Assembly (NCBI GenBank): GCA_032718475.1
Contig: JAUCBJ010005365.1
Span: forward strand, 1 to 37,943
Direction of reading: 5' to 3'
From: Nemertoderma westbladi
Taxonomy: Eukaryota > Animalia > Xenacoelomorpha
Length of the DNA: 37,943 nucleotides
Made by a program: the position numbers and the translations under genes. The notes beneath the pieces are model-generated. The model was not told where the DNA came from and searched no databases. It worked only from the letters and a program-made list of their open reading frames with translations. Within the stretch, counting starts at the first letter, position 1; each line of letters opens with the position of its first letter. Positions 21,301-31,846 of the stretch are shown piece by piece.

Positions 21301-24300
21301 TAACCACCTCGCAAACCAGCATTCCCCACCAACTCCCGCCGCGCAGCTTCATACTACGAGACAGCCCACCCACATTCGACATCGAGTCTGAACGCCTCAC
21401 CTGGGACCTGTGGTGCGATGAGTGGGACGGCTTCCTAATAACCTCTGGACCACCTAAACGACCACCTACTGGATCAGTTTGTGGCTGGATTCAACGACCA
21501 TGAGGTCACCGAACAACTCCTCCACCTCGAGAATGGAGCCACCCTCAACGACGCCCTCAAACGCCCCCAGTCGGTCTGTCCTTCATCGTCTCCATGACTA
21601 CTGCCACACTGTCCCACAGCATGGCGACCCATTCGACACCGACCCCAGATCCCAGAACCTCAGAAACCAACCACCACCCAACATGCCAACAATGCGGATA
21701 CCCACAGCACACTGCTGGGAAAATGTGCCCCGGTTTACAGGCGACATGCCACCACTGCGGTATAACCAGGCATTACGACCATATGTGTCGTACTAAACCA
21801 AGAGGACCCCGGCCACAAGCCCACGCTACCTCCGGCTCCGACGACGCAGACACGTACACCGCTGCGACCAACGCTGTCGTTTGGTCCGTCCTGGTCAGAG
21901 ACGAACTGGAGGATGCGAACTGGAGAACTGATCATCTTGCGATGATCGTTTTTTATTGTTTGTTTTTTACTATATTTTATGATGCTTTTATTGTTGGTTT
22001 TTAATTACTACATTAATTTAGTTGATTTTTATTTCATAACTATGGCTATTGCAGTCACGAACTATTAATTACTGTGTACTATGTGTTGTCAGCGCCTTAG
22101 AGTACGTATATGATGTAAATTTGGCGCTATATAAATAAATATATATTATTATTATTATTATTATTATGCCCTGCGGGTCTCGGCAATCGGGGCACTGGAG
22201 CCCCTCGAAACCATCACCATCGGGTTCCAAGTGACAAGGACCCAGCCTTTGGAATATCCGACGTCCGCTTTCTTCCCGACTCTGGGGCATCAGTCATCAG
22301 TATAATCTCGGAAGGACATTATTATAAATGTTAACATGTTGAAAAGATGTGGGGCGTGCGTAGAAATAAGCGTACCGCTGCATTAATTGTTATCAAACGA
22401 GACTGCTATGCTTTGTAACAACTTATGTACTCGACTATTCTAAACCGCTAGACTCACATTGAAAGCAAATTGTCCACTGTAGTCATACAGGCCACAACTC
22501 AGCATTAGTGATAATGTATCCCGAACTGAGGCAGTTGTTAGTATCTTCTCCCCTGTTAACGGGCATATACCCCCGTTTGCGAGTGTTGAAGCCATCACGC
22601 TTAATGACTCGCAGTTCACTTCCATTGAGCACATCTGGACACATAAAGTGAGAAAAGATAAAGAGCGAGTAACAAAAAAGAAATATATATTTTCTAGAAT
22701 AATTATATACAGTGTACCTATATTTCTCTGCATAAATATTTACAATAACTATTTACATCATTATGTGCAAAGTAGCACTTTGCAGCGTTATGACCCGAGT
22801 TTATTTATGTACCGAGCGAGCGCAGCGAGGGAGGCTTACATCAATAAACAAGGGTCTTTAACGCTGTAAAGTGACCTTTGCAAGGAATGATGTATGTAAT
22901 TTTGTTACATTATGTCAACTTATCAGCGTTGTGTCAACGTGTAAAAAGTCGTTTATGTCAACTTATAAAGAAAGGATTTTATGGTTGCTCATTTAAACAT
23001 TTTAATCATGAACTATATCAAATAAGTGAAATTTATTAACAGGTACACAATATTAATTATACATTATTAAATCTAAATAAAGTTTATTGGATGTTATCTC
23101 CTGCTTGGGTGTGATAAATCATTAATCCATCTTGACTATAGTCGACTGAAGCAAACTGAGTCACCGTTTTGTGTCCGTTCAGTTTTACTGAACATTGTCG
23201 TCACTTTCTTTGGTCATTTTAGTGTCTTCTATTGGACGTTTCGACATAATGGATTACAGTACACGTTAAACAATTCTTTACATACAGTAGCTAGTCCTGC
23301 ACTGTAGTCCCGTCACTGCAAACTGGATAATAAAGCAGCACTCATTAACATAAATGGAAATAATAAATTCTGGAATACGGTAATTGAAGTTGTTTCCATG
23401 TCATTGATTACTTTGCAGCGTTCCGTCCTATAGGCCGTAACGCTGCAAAGTAGTACTTTGCTGCGTTACGAGTAATTCACCAGAACGCTGTTAAGTTGAC
23501 ATAATGTAACAAAACTTTTTTTTAATTTTTTTTTACTTATTTAAATTAAATTAAAAGTTACATTACATTTAGAGTACATTACATTACAAAACTTTACCTT
23601 AAAATACAACTGGAGTGTTTCATTAAGATTGGTATAAGGGGGGAAGCATTTGTATTCCTGCATATAGTAACCCAAGGCGAAGTTCCTACTGTTAGCAGAA
23701 TATTCCGAGTCATATGTTGTTTGGCTGAATCCAACGAATTCACCACCAGCTAATTTTTTCATTATACTATGTAGCTAAAATAAATAAAAAAAGTATTAAT
23801 TTTACAAAAAGATGGCAACATTTTTTTTGTCCAACTTTTTAATCCGCATTTTCGAGGAAGAGTATCTCGCGCCCAGTGAAAAAAAGTACTTATTTTACTT
23901 TTTCTAATACAAAGAGGAAAAATATATTACACTAAGAAGTATTTATTTTCAAGTAAAAGATTTAGTTTTCTTAAAGATGTTATACTTTATGAGTTGTTTA
24001 TTAATAATTACCATCATATTTACTAATATAGAATAAATAATGCAAATTCTACATAATAAACTCCCAGATCGTTTCGAGTACGCGGTGAGTGCAATTACTA
24101 ACAGTATCAAACCGGGCGTTGGCATTGCCTGAAAGCTCCCGTTTCAGCAGGGACACCACTGCGATCGCACCCGCGTTTATCATCGGGTTGTGGGGTTTAC
24201 TGTTTAAGTCGAGACAAATATCGTTGAAATTTCTTCCAGACGGTTCTTGACCGATGTATTCGTGGACCTTTTCTGTACAATAAAAGGTTAATATGTGTTG

Positions 24301-27300
24301 GTAAAGTTGTTTATAATTAAAAAATATAATATGCATTTGGCAGGCATGCAGTATCTGCAGTATGGGTCAACGTACAGTATTTGGCAATAAAAGAGGTGCG
24401 CTATACACCCTATAGCACCCTGTACACCCTGTAGCACCCTGCACACCCTGATTTATTACAATCAATAGATCTGTTGATTTCTGTAGTAACAGCCCCCAGC
24501 TGGGGATGCCCCAAATCAGAACTGGATCTACTGCTGTCCGAAATAAATTTACCTTCATATAAGATTTGTTTCCAGGTGATTTCCCTACCATTGATACGGT
24601 TGTACGGTTAAAACTATGTAACTCCAGTTGAGGAAAGAAAAAAACTTTTTGAAATGTCTAGTTCAAGTTTAAAAGTCGTCATGATTACATCGAACGATAT
24701 TACGTCGAAATTAGAACCAACAAAAATCTCCATAACGCCAGAAAGTGGTGGAACAATTAATTTACATAATAAAGGGATATTCAAAATTTGGTGCTAGAAC
24801 CAAAAATTTACACTACCCAAAAAACCAGTTTGAATTTCTAGCTCATTTCACATGTATTCCATCGAATTGTAATCCCCAAAAATCCAATGTTACTATAAAA
24901 AAAAGAGATGATACAATTAATAATTTCCAGCAATTAAATTCTCAAAAATAGAGATAAAATTAGTGTTCAAAAATTGCGCTATATATCGAAAAGTAGGCGT
25001 AGGATGTAAGGAGGCGATATATTTTTCACTATTAGGAGACAACATATTTCTATGATAAGACCTAAAAGTTCAGATTCCAACTCAGTTTGTTTCAGAGAAC
25101 CACGGTAACAAAAAACCGCGGTAGGGGAGGGGGGGGGGGGGGGGGGGTGTCATATTGAACCAACGTAAAACATGTAGTGGCATATTGGGTGGGCTCGAAC
25201 TCTCGACCTATGCCATCGCAACGCTACGCTAATCTGTACAACCGTACCTGAACCGTAAAGAGTAGAGGCCAAGGCATACAGTAGAGGTTTGGAACAGGAT
25301 TGAATGGTAAATGTATCAGAAACATCGCCGATGCTAAATCTAAAAATATAAAGAAATTAAATTTACATAAATATTACCACTCACACTCAAAAAAGATATG
25401 GACAAACATTTTTTGGTTATATTTTCCCCGATTTATATTTGATGTACTACATGGTACACGATTCAGTCCCTTTGCCTCTCTCAGTAAATTTAGTAAACAA
25501 AATAATAATTAATGGTTAGTTTATATTTTCAATGTTTTCCAAATGAAGCTCGTTATCCCTCCGTCGGTGTGGTTTCCCCCAAGATGGTTTTACCATTTTA
25601 CCTTAGAGGACCTCACAAACACAAAACCCAAAGCTGTTATAACATCTGGATTGTAATTTACTTTAAAAAATTCGTTTTCGACACGTTCTCGCAGATAGGG
25701 GGGATACTGGACGCAATAAAAATTCATCCCTCTCCAGGGGGGAATTCGACGCAAATAACAGCTCATTACTCTCAAAAATAAAACTTTAACCTGTTCTATT
25801 GTGTTTAGTTTATTGTTTTGGTTAAAAAACGTGCCACTGTATCCTGCTCCTTTCCCTAAATTGAGAATTTAACTTTGAGGCGGGATATTAATTCGCCAAA
25901 GCGGGTTTTGCGTCCAGTTTCCCCCCTGTCTCCGTTCTCGAATCAAGTCAAATTCAATAAATTATCATGTGTTCTGGCGCGACTGATATAACTTTCGCAC
26001 TTTCTATCACAAATGTAGTGATAGAAAGTATTAATATTGAGAAAATAAGTACTTTCTTTCTTTAGTAAGTAGTAATTTGTATAGGTTATTTATTACCTTT
26101 GTCCACTGATAGTGCAAACAGAAACGCCCCATTTTTGTGTGTCAGCTTGGGCTAGGATGGGGATGTACGTTGCAACCTTACCGCCGCCCTCATTGCGGCA
26201 GCTGTTATATAAACGTTCCATCTGGTAGCAAAACTCCTGGAAGTCGGGAATAGCGAGTTTCTTCTCGAACGCATTAGTGAGTATCGTAATATTATCTTTT
26301 ATCGCGCTAAAATATAATTTGTATAACAGTGATGATATTAAAAAATACCTAGATTACGTCACTCACGCCTCCAATATTGTGGGGCGTAAAGAAACTAAAG
26401 CATTTAAATAATAATTCCTGTTTAACAATAATACAGTAATATGATAAATGATTGGTAATATATCTTTATTATCCCCAAAGGATAGTTTAAAAATGTTTCA
26501 AAATAAATACAAAAATATGTAAGTGCACAATTTAAATAAAATATAAGGTTACCGTTTAAAATAACTGATATGAGGCCAATGAAAATATGAGTCCGTAGTA
26601 CTTGAAACTTTCTGGAAAGCTATTATATGATTAATATAACTCAATTTATGAAATCACTTAAATTTAAAGTGTGGGGCGAGCCGTGTATTCTGCGAGGGTT
26701 TTACAAACTGAGACTTTTGGGGTCATTTTAACCTGTCAATTATCGAATGTTGGGATATAGAACATATATTATGGTTGGGATATAGAACATATATTATGGT
26801 TGGGATATAGAACATATATTATGGTTGGGATATAGAACATATATTATGGTTGGGATATAGAACATATATTATGGTTGGGATATAGAACATATATTATGGT
26901 TGGGATATAGAACATATATTATGGTTGGGATATAGAACATATATTATGGTTGGGATATAGAACATATATTATGGTTGGGATATAGAACATATATTATGGT
27001 TGGGATATAGAACATATATTATGGTTGGGATATAGAACATATATTATGGTTGGGATATAGAACATATATTATGGTTGGGATATAGAACATATATTATGGT
27101 TGGGATATAGAACATATATTATGGTTGGGATATAGAACATATATTATGGTTGGGATAAAGTTGGGAACTTACTGAATAAAATCATCGCAGAGAAGAACAG
27201 ATGATACATTAGACGACCTGTATGTTTCTATGTTTGTCCGTAGCTCTGACAACCGGGGGTCTGTGAGCCTCAAACCAAAAGAGTTAATTTCCTGAAAGTT

Positions 27301-28803
27301 CAATTAAAAAAGATACAATAATAATTTCTTCATTTTCGATGTCTGTTTTTACCATCGACAGATTCTAGTCCGTCTATCAAAAAATATGAATAATATTGTA
27401 ATAAGCTACGTACGTCCGTTTCAGACCTCTTTAGTAGCGCTAGTAGGTTCAGCCACTCTCCCCTGACATTCACCTTTCTATTTATTCCACTTCTACTGAA
27501 TAGGCAGTCTTGTCAGAGGAAAGTGGATAGCAAGGGAGAGTGGCTGAACCTATTAGCACTACTGAAGAGGCCTGATAGACCGAAACGTACGTATAGCGCT
27601 TTGGTTCAACCCCCGCGGTGACGCGCTTTCTCATTTTTTTTCCATTTCTGAATAACTTATTACAGTTCAAAATATAGATAAATAGACACAAAAAGAAAGG
27701 ACAAGCAGACTGGCTGACAGACAGACTGAAGGGTCGACATCTGATGTCCATGAGTCGAGTCTGTAATTAATCACAATATTCTGGGAGATGGCGTACGTGT
27801 TTATATGACTTACTGATATAAGTTTATCAATGGGTACTCCAGGCGGATCGCCTTCACTGAGAACATGAAATAGAACTTCTTCATCCGTCCTAAAACAGAA
27901 TAGCAGACTAAGTTGTAACGTAGATAAATAAAGTAAAGTTCCCCAACGGTAAAATATTTGGAATTTAATTGAGTAAGGTAATTTTCTGTCAATTGTAAGT
28001 AGTACTTGTGTTTATTACTGTACTTGCTTGGGTTCGGTTATCGGGGAATATGCCTTTTGGGTGTTGATGCGTTGTGGGCTATTATTATATTTCGGTACAT
28101 AGAATCGGTTGACTGGTCTTTTGATCCATTGCATTGGATTCGGTCCTTGTTGACCTAGGCGATAACCGAGCCAGTATTTCTTCTGGAGGTTTCCCAACCA
28201 CTACTTATCTTTCGTTTTTGGAAGGAAACCGATTGTGGTCGCAGCTCCTTCAAGCGGTTTTGCAGGTAGGCCACCATTGGTTGATTACCTTTCGCCTAAT
28301 CCATAGTCTATAGCACTGATTGCAACTAGTGCTCCATTTGTAGCAACAGAACAGGCCCTTGTAGCTCCACATTGTTACCATAGTGGTAGCAGGACGTGAG
28401 GAGCCTGATCTAGGAGGATCCTGATCTGAGATTCCAGATACCGGTACATCAATATTTCCTATACCTTAAAACCTCAGGTCAGGAGGAGTAATTCAAGCTC
28501 CTATTAAATTGGTTTGTGATAAATAAATCGTAAATAAACTTACATTCTTTGCATGCCTACATTGTCGGCTTCTGTATGCTGGTGGGTGGCTTGTGGATTG
28601 TATGTGGCGGCGTCACTGAATACAGAAACACATCGCTTTACTACTATTGGGACAGTTCGTCTGTTACTAATAGTCTGATTTATCGTTATATTGTTGCTTT
28701 TCCTGAGATTGAGATGTTGACAATTGGAAAGTTGATGAAACCGATTCTTTATTCTAATCGCGCCAAACAACCGACTTTTAAATATAAGTTTCTTTAGCAG
28801 CAT
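15299..28803 (-). CDS. GLS: Glutaminase, kidney/liver-type, mitochondrial; spliced gene, 10 exons visible, 3' end probably outside the window
   Basis: Exons 28803-28544, 27889-27814, 27291-27173, 26306-26097, 25339-25248, 24272-24103, 23774-23598, 22634-22458, 15948-15817 and 15394-15299 splice GT-AG in consistent phase to 503 codons. Motifs: [14 protein letters not shown] (catalytic SxxK), [54 protein letters not shown]. Confidence 0.95.
15817..15948 (-). CDS. GLS: Glutaminase exon 9
   Basis: [44 protein letters not shown]. Confidence 0.95.
16021..16250 (+). mobile_element. 5'-truncated tRNA-derived SINE
   Basis: B box GGTTCGATCC at ~16038, SINE-sized body and T-rich simple-repeat tail. 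Confidence 0.5.
16318..16480 (+). repeat. ~160-bp dispersed repeat, second copy at ~20621-20778
   Basis: Shared ...CAGCTAGCAGCTC...GAGACTATGTTGACCAATAATGGGCAGGATTAAATTTGTACTCAATAATTGTG. Confidence 0.75.
17588..18400. repeat. Diverged ~240-bp direct repeats (17588-17826, 18165-18400) around a HINE terminus (~17990-18082)
   Basis: Shared TCAGCAG...CTCCAAACAA and TATTAGAATATTCATAAGTAAAATATA; the terminus ACACCGATT.AGTTAGTGGTA...GCTCGCCCCACA matches 21181-21242. Confidence 0.55.
18482..19145 (-). mobile_element. Old fragment of the same RTE LINE family, interrupted by a MITE
   Basis: The reverse complement aligns by eye with ~1915-2280 (GGAAAGGCATGG, GTTACCTGGGATCATG, GATCGGATGAGCATAAGCTCAAAGGATGGTATG). 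Confidence 0.85.
18699..18978. mobile_element. 280-bp MITE with 21-bp TIRs and an 8-bp TSD (Merlin-like)
   Basis: TIRs CGCCCATGTGAAGAATACCAG / GGCCCATGTGAAGAATTCCAG; TSD CCACATGC at 18691-18698 and 18979-18986. Confidence 0.85.
19690..21242 (-). mobile_element. HINE/DINE-1-like element (composite), with two ~155-bp tandem units at ~19887-20198
   Basis: Ends AACACGTTCGTGGGG and GCTCGCCCCACA as at 5269-5900; 20779-21242 is the reverse complement of 31848-33270 with a short microsatellite. Confidence 0.65.
21270..22312 (+). mobile_element. Degenerate Ty3/Gypsy gag-protease fragment
   Basis: GC-rich; [12 protein letters not shown], double zinc knuckle CQQCGYPQH...CP...[14 protein letters not shown], and retropepsin motif FLPDSGASV (Asp codon 22278-22280). 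Confidence 0.75.
21893..22167 (+). mobile_element. L2/CR1-type LINE (or SINE) 3' tail inserted in the gag-protease fragment
   Basis: GCGCCTTAGAG...GGCGCTATATAAAT followed by (ATT)n; flanked by GTCCTG/GCCCTG. Confidence 0.6.
22458..22634 (-). CDS. GLS: Glutaminase exon 8
   Basis: [29 protein letters not shown]...[14 protein letters not shown]. Confidence 0.95.
22754..23514. mobile_element. Non-autonomous element with a ~140-bp terminal hairpin and 31-bp inverted repeats (Crypton-like architecture)
   Basis: Hairpin at 22754-22894 with a GAGCGCAGCGAG loop; inverted repeat TTTTGTTACATTATGTCAACTTA(T/A)CAGCGTT at 22900-22930 / 23484-23514. Confidence 0.55.
23598..23774 (-). CDS. GLS: Glutaminase exon 7
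   Basis: [13 protein letters not shown]...SE...[16 protein letters not shown]...LQLYFK. Confidence 0.95.
24103..24272 (-). CDS. GLS: Glutaminase exon 6
   Basis: [16 protein letters not shown]...[18 protein letters not shown]. Confidence 0.95.
24480..24585 (-). mobile_element. Small, diverged RTE RT fragment
   Basis: [25 protein letters not shown] resembles KSPRINRKLKVRLFRAAVVPVLLYG of the 814-2649 ORF. Confidence 0.55.
25248..25339 (-). CDS. GLS: Glutaminase exon 5 (catalytic Ser/Lys)
   Basis: [24 protein letters not shown]. Confidence 0.95.
25693..25931. mobile_element. MITE with 24-bp TIRs; related inverted copies at ~31020-31232 and ~34103-34315
   Basis: AGATAGGGGGGATACTGGACGCAA versus the reverse complement of 25908-25931 (2 mismatches); internal TTTAACCTGTTCTATTGT is shared with the other copies. 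Confidence 0.6.
26097..26306 (-). CDS. GLS: Glutaminase exon 4
   Basis: [14 protein letters not shown]...[12 protein letters not shown]...[12 protein letters not shown]. Confidence 0.95.
26749..27157. repeat. 25-bp minisatellite, ~16 identical copies
   Basis: (GTTGGGATATAGAACATATATTATG)n. Confidence 0.97.
27173..27291 (-). CDS. GLS: Glutaminase exon 3
   Basis: [17 protein letters not shown]...; tttcag/gtaagt boundaries. Confidence 0.9.
27407..27600. mobile_element. Penelope-like element pseudo-LTR remnant in inverted arrangement
   Basis: Inverted arms at 27407-27462 / 27534-27593, each carrying a hammerhead-like motif. Confidence 0.6.
27555..27600 (+). ncRNA. Minimal type I hammerhead ribozyme
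   Basis: Stem I AGCACTA/TAGCGCT, core CTGAAGA (27562-27568), stem II GGCCT-GAT-AGACC, GAAA (27582-27585), palindromic stem III AC-GTAC-GT, cleavage triplet GTA (27591-27593). Confidence 0.7.
27814..27889 (-). CDS. GLS: Glutaminase exon 2
   Basis: [25 protein letters not shown]; ttttag/gtaagt boundaries. Confidence 0.85.
28544..28803 (-). CDS. GLS: Glutaminase coding exon 1 (mitochondrial transit-peptide-like)
   Basis: [22 protein letters not shown]..., basic and acid-poor; ends AT|gtaag, and phase 2 fits the next exon. Confidence 0.75.
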
Positions 28804-30058
28804 TTTTCTTCCACTCGAAAAATCGATGTAATTAATTTATATTTATGAAAAGCAACAGAGGCAATAAATAATGAATCAAATAAATATTGATTAACATATT
28901 AAATAATTTTGATTAAAATATTCACTAATATTAAGTAATTAATTATTTTTTAAGATAGGTTTATTTATACATTATGTAAAAACAATAACAAATACACCAA
29001 ACAATGTACCGGTATAAAAGGTATTGTCCAACATAACATACAGGATTAAGCCTAAATCTTTACAGCTTATTTCCAAGGGGGTCTAATATTACGTTAAATA
29101 AATTCAAGATATTTATATATATTATATATTATAGATTCAATCTGCTGTTTGCGAAATAATACATCAATATTACGAGGATCAGAATTAACAGAACAAGGAA
29201 TTCAACAAAATTGTATTGTACATGTTTAATTAGAACCGGTTCCCATAGCAATTATGACTAATTAACCGGTATTTTGGTAAATCATTTATATGAAACCTAG
29301 GAGTGAACTCGCAACTCCAAACCGCACGTGCAGAACCGATTACAATTACTCCCTACCACGATATAATCATAAAACGCGAGATAAATAATAATAATTGTAG
29401 ATCACAATTGTATCTGTATGTGCAGGCTGGTTTCCCTATCTCATATTCAGTCGCAGATAAACTGTTGTATCTCACTGGACAGATCTTTAGCAGCCCGCAG
29501 CTTCCATCATTAACCATCAACCAATCAACTGATCCCTGATAAATGGGTTATAGGGATGTTCCTTATGCTAGGAGCTCTTCTAGGAATACAACATTTTGGG
29601 AAGAGGGATTTGGGTGAGGTGGGGGGGGGGGGGGGGGGGGGGGGGTGCGATTGGATGGGCCTAATTAGTAATTACACCAAACTCAAGCCCCCAACCCCGA
29701 ATATTTCTAGGTTAATTTAAATAATTAGATTTTATCACTTAGGAATTATATACTGTAAATTTGGTTTTTTTATTGGAGCATTCTGATTTGAGCAATATAT
29801 CCTTACGAGGTACCCGAAAACTTGAACCTTAGCCATGATATAGACGTTGTGGGCTGCTTAGCCAGGCAGGTCTGGTCCTCTCTGTTGCAACAGCCAAGTG
29901 TGAGATCCAGCTTTACACTACAGCTGAGAATCCGGGGACCAGGGCCGTATTAATTAACGGCGGGACTTTTGGGACTGTAGGCCCGGGCCCCGAATAAGTT
30001 TGGGGCCCGGGCCTCAAACCAAAATTCATCAATTTTACATTACTTATTATTTTTATAG

Positions 30059-31568
30059 TTTTTAATTAGTTCAAGTGATTTGCTTTAAGAAATGTGTTTT
30101 TAATTGATCTAAACGTATTTAAGTCATCAAAATGCCCTCGTCACTCTATACCTCCCTCATTCCTTGGCATGCTTGCTATTGCCTATAATTTGGGAACCAG
30201 TCCAATCATCTCACCACTACTTGGCAACTGGTAATTACATCTATAGCATAGGACATAGGCCGGCACTACTAGTGTAAGGTGCCATACTAATAATCCAGCT
30301 TGCTTATTATTTATCTATAATATATAATATATTATATGTAATTATATATAATATATTATTTATCTCGTAAAATGATTGCCTGAGTATTTAATCATGATTC
30401 TTTCGAATAATTAGCTAAATAATTTCGTTGAGGTGTTGACATTATAAATTAATATTTCAGTACCAATACTATCGGCATAAGGTGAGTTTTAATAAGTTTT
30501 ACTAATTGGGTTGCCTCCACACCTAAAAATATATTACTTTTAAAACACATTTTTCCTGTTAATTCCTCTGCCTTTCATTAATCCTCTGTGCTCATTTGGG
30601 TTGGGGTGGTGCAGATTAAGAGGGCGGTTGAAGCGAGAAGGGGGGAACTTTCCTCTCTTCTTTGATTTATTCTTATTGGCAGTTTGTTTAAATTTCTTAT
30701 TTATTTATTTAAATTTCTTAAATGCCGATTTTGGGATAGAATTGCTCCATTTTAATCTGTATCTGATGACTGAGCGTAGTGCTGCGCGAAGGCCCCATGA
30801 AGGTGTATAGCTTATAGCTAATAGTGAATAATGACTAATTGTATTTTATAGCAGAAACTAACAATTATTTTTGAAAAATACTGCCTTGAAAATAATAAAA
30901 AATTAGCGGTGGCCGGCCCTAATGCTGGCCCAAAAATACGAGATGGTGGGGGGGGGGGGGGGGGGGGGGGGATATGCGTCAAAACTCCACCCCCCGGTGG
31001 GGTCTTGACGCATATCCCATCACGGCGAATTAATATCTCGCCTTTATGTTAAAATATCAATAAAAGAAGAGGAGCAGGTTACAGTGGCACATTATTCTAA
31101 CCAAAACAATAAATAAACTAATGACAATAGAACAGGTTAAAGATATATTATTGGGAGTAATCAGCTGTTATAGATTTCCCATAAAGAGGAATGAATTTTG
31201 ATAGCGTTGAACCTCCCACCCCCCCCATCTGAAATTATACAAAATTTAATAATATGGTGCCTCCCACATATCCCGGACCTGAGAATCTGATTGGCGGAAC
31301 TGCTGTACAGTAGTTATGAAGCAGGGGATGATGGGGGTGTGGGTGTTGCTGCTTTGGTGAGGTAGTTCGGCAAAATTTTGTTAACATAATTTTTTTCAAA
31401 AAACAACTATATTTTTGGATAGTACTCAAGTCATATTCTGAACCTATCTGAACCCAATCTCGAGAATTATAACAAATCTGAATCCAATCTGAATCGAAAA
31501 TAGAAAGAGGGGTGAAAAAAATTATTAATTTTTGCATTAACAATTTTGAAATTTGAAGAAATTTTACA
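30059..31568 (+). repeat. ~1.5-kb direct duplication, copy 1 (copy 2 at ~33205-34651)
   Basis: Colinear sequence, including the identical 102-aa spurious ORFs at 31235-31543 and 34318-34626; copy 1 is bracketed by a ~65-bp direct repeat (29981-30047, 31574-31643). Confidence 0.9.
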
Positions 31569-31846
31569 TTCGGGGCCCGGGCCCCGAATAAGTTTGGGGC
31601 CCGGGCCTCAAACTAAAACTTTTCATAAATTTTACATTACTTACTATTTTAGTACTTAATGTAGGCCTAATATAATATTTTAATTATTTTTAAATAAGAA
31701 ACATTATAAAAACAGAAAAATTTTCCGCATCGCTCGCGCTTCAGTTTTCTATACTACACTATTATGGAATATTACATGTTTAGTGTTGATACTTTACTGT
31801 CAGCACCTTCCTGCGGATAACGCCTATAGTCAATTAGTGAGTTAAA

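Noticed and set aside
25185-25235. tRNA gene on the minus strand (GTTCGAGCCC)
   Set aside because: Only a B-box-like motif with no complete cloverleaf; at most a SINE scrap.
26749-27157. Regular repeat array resembling CRISPR
   Set aside because: Units are contiguous and identical with no spacers, there are no cas genes, and the context is a eukaryotic intron.
30762-30800. CTGATGA...CGAA as a second hammerhead ribozyme
   Set aside because: No GAAA or stem III, and the duplicate copy reads CTGATAA; it is the HINE 3' end.
31235-31543. 102-aa ORF present twice (also 34318-34626)
   Set aside because: Identity reflects the DNA duplication; it has a non-ATG start and no protein motif.
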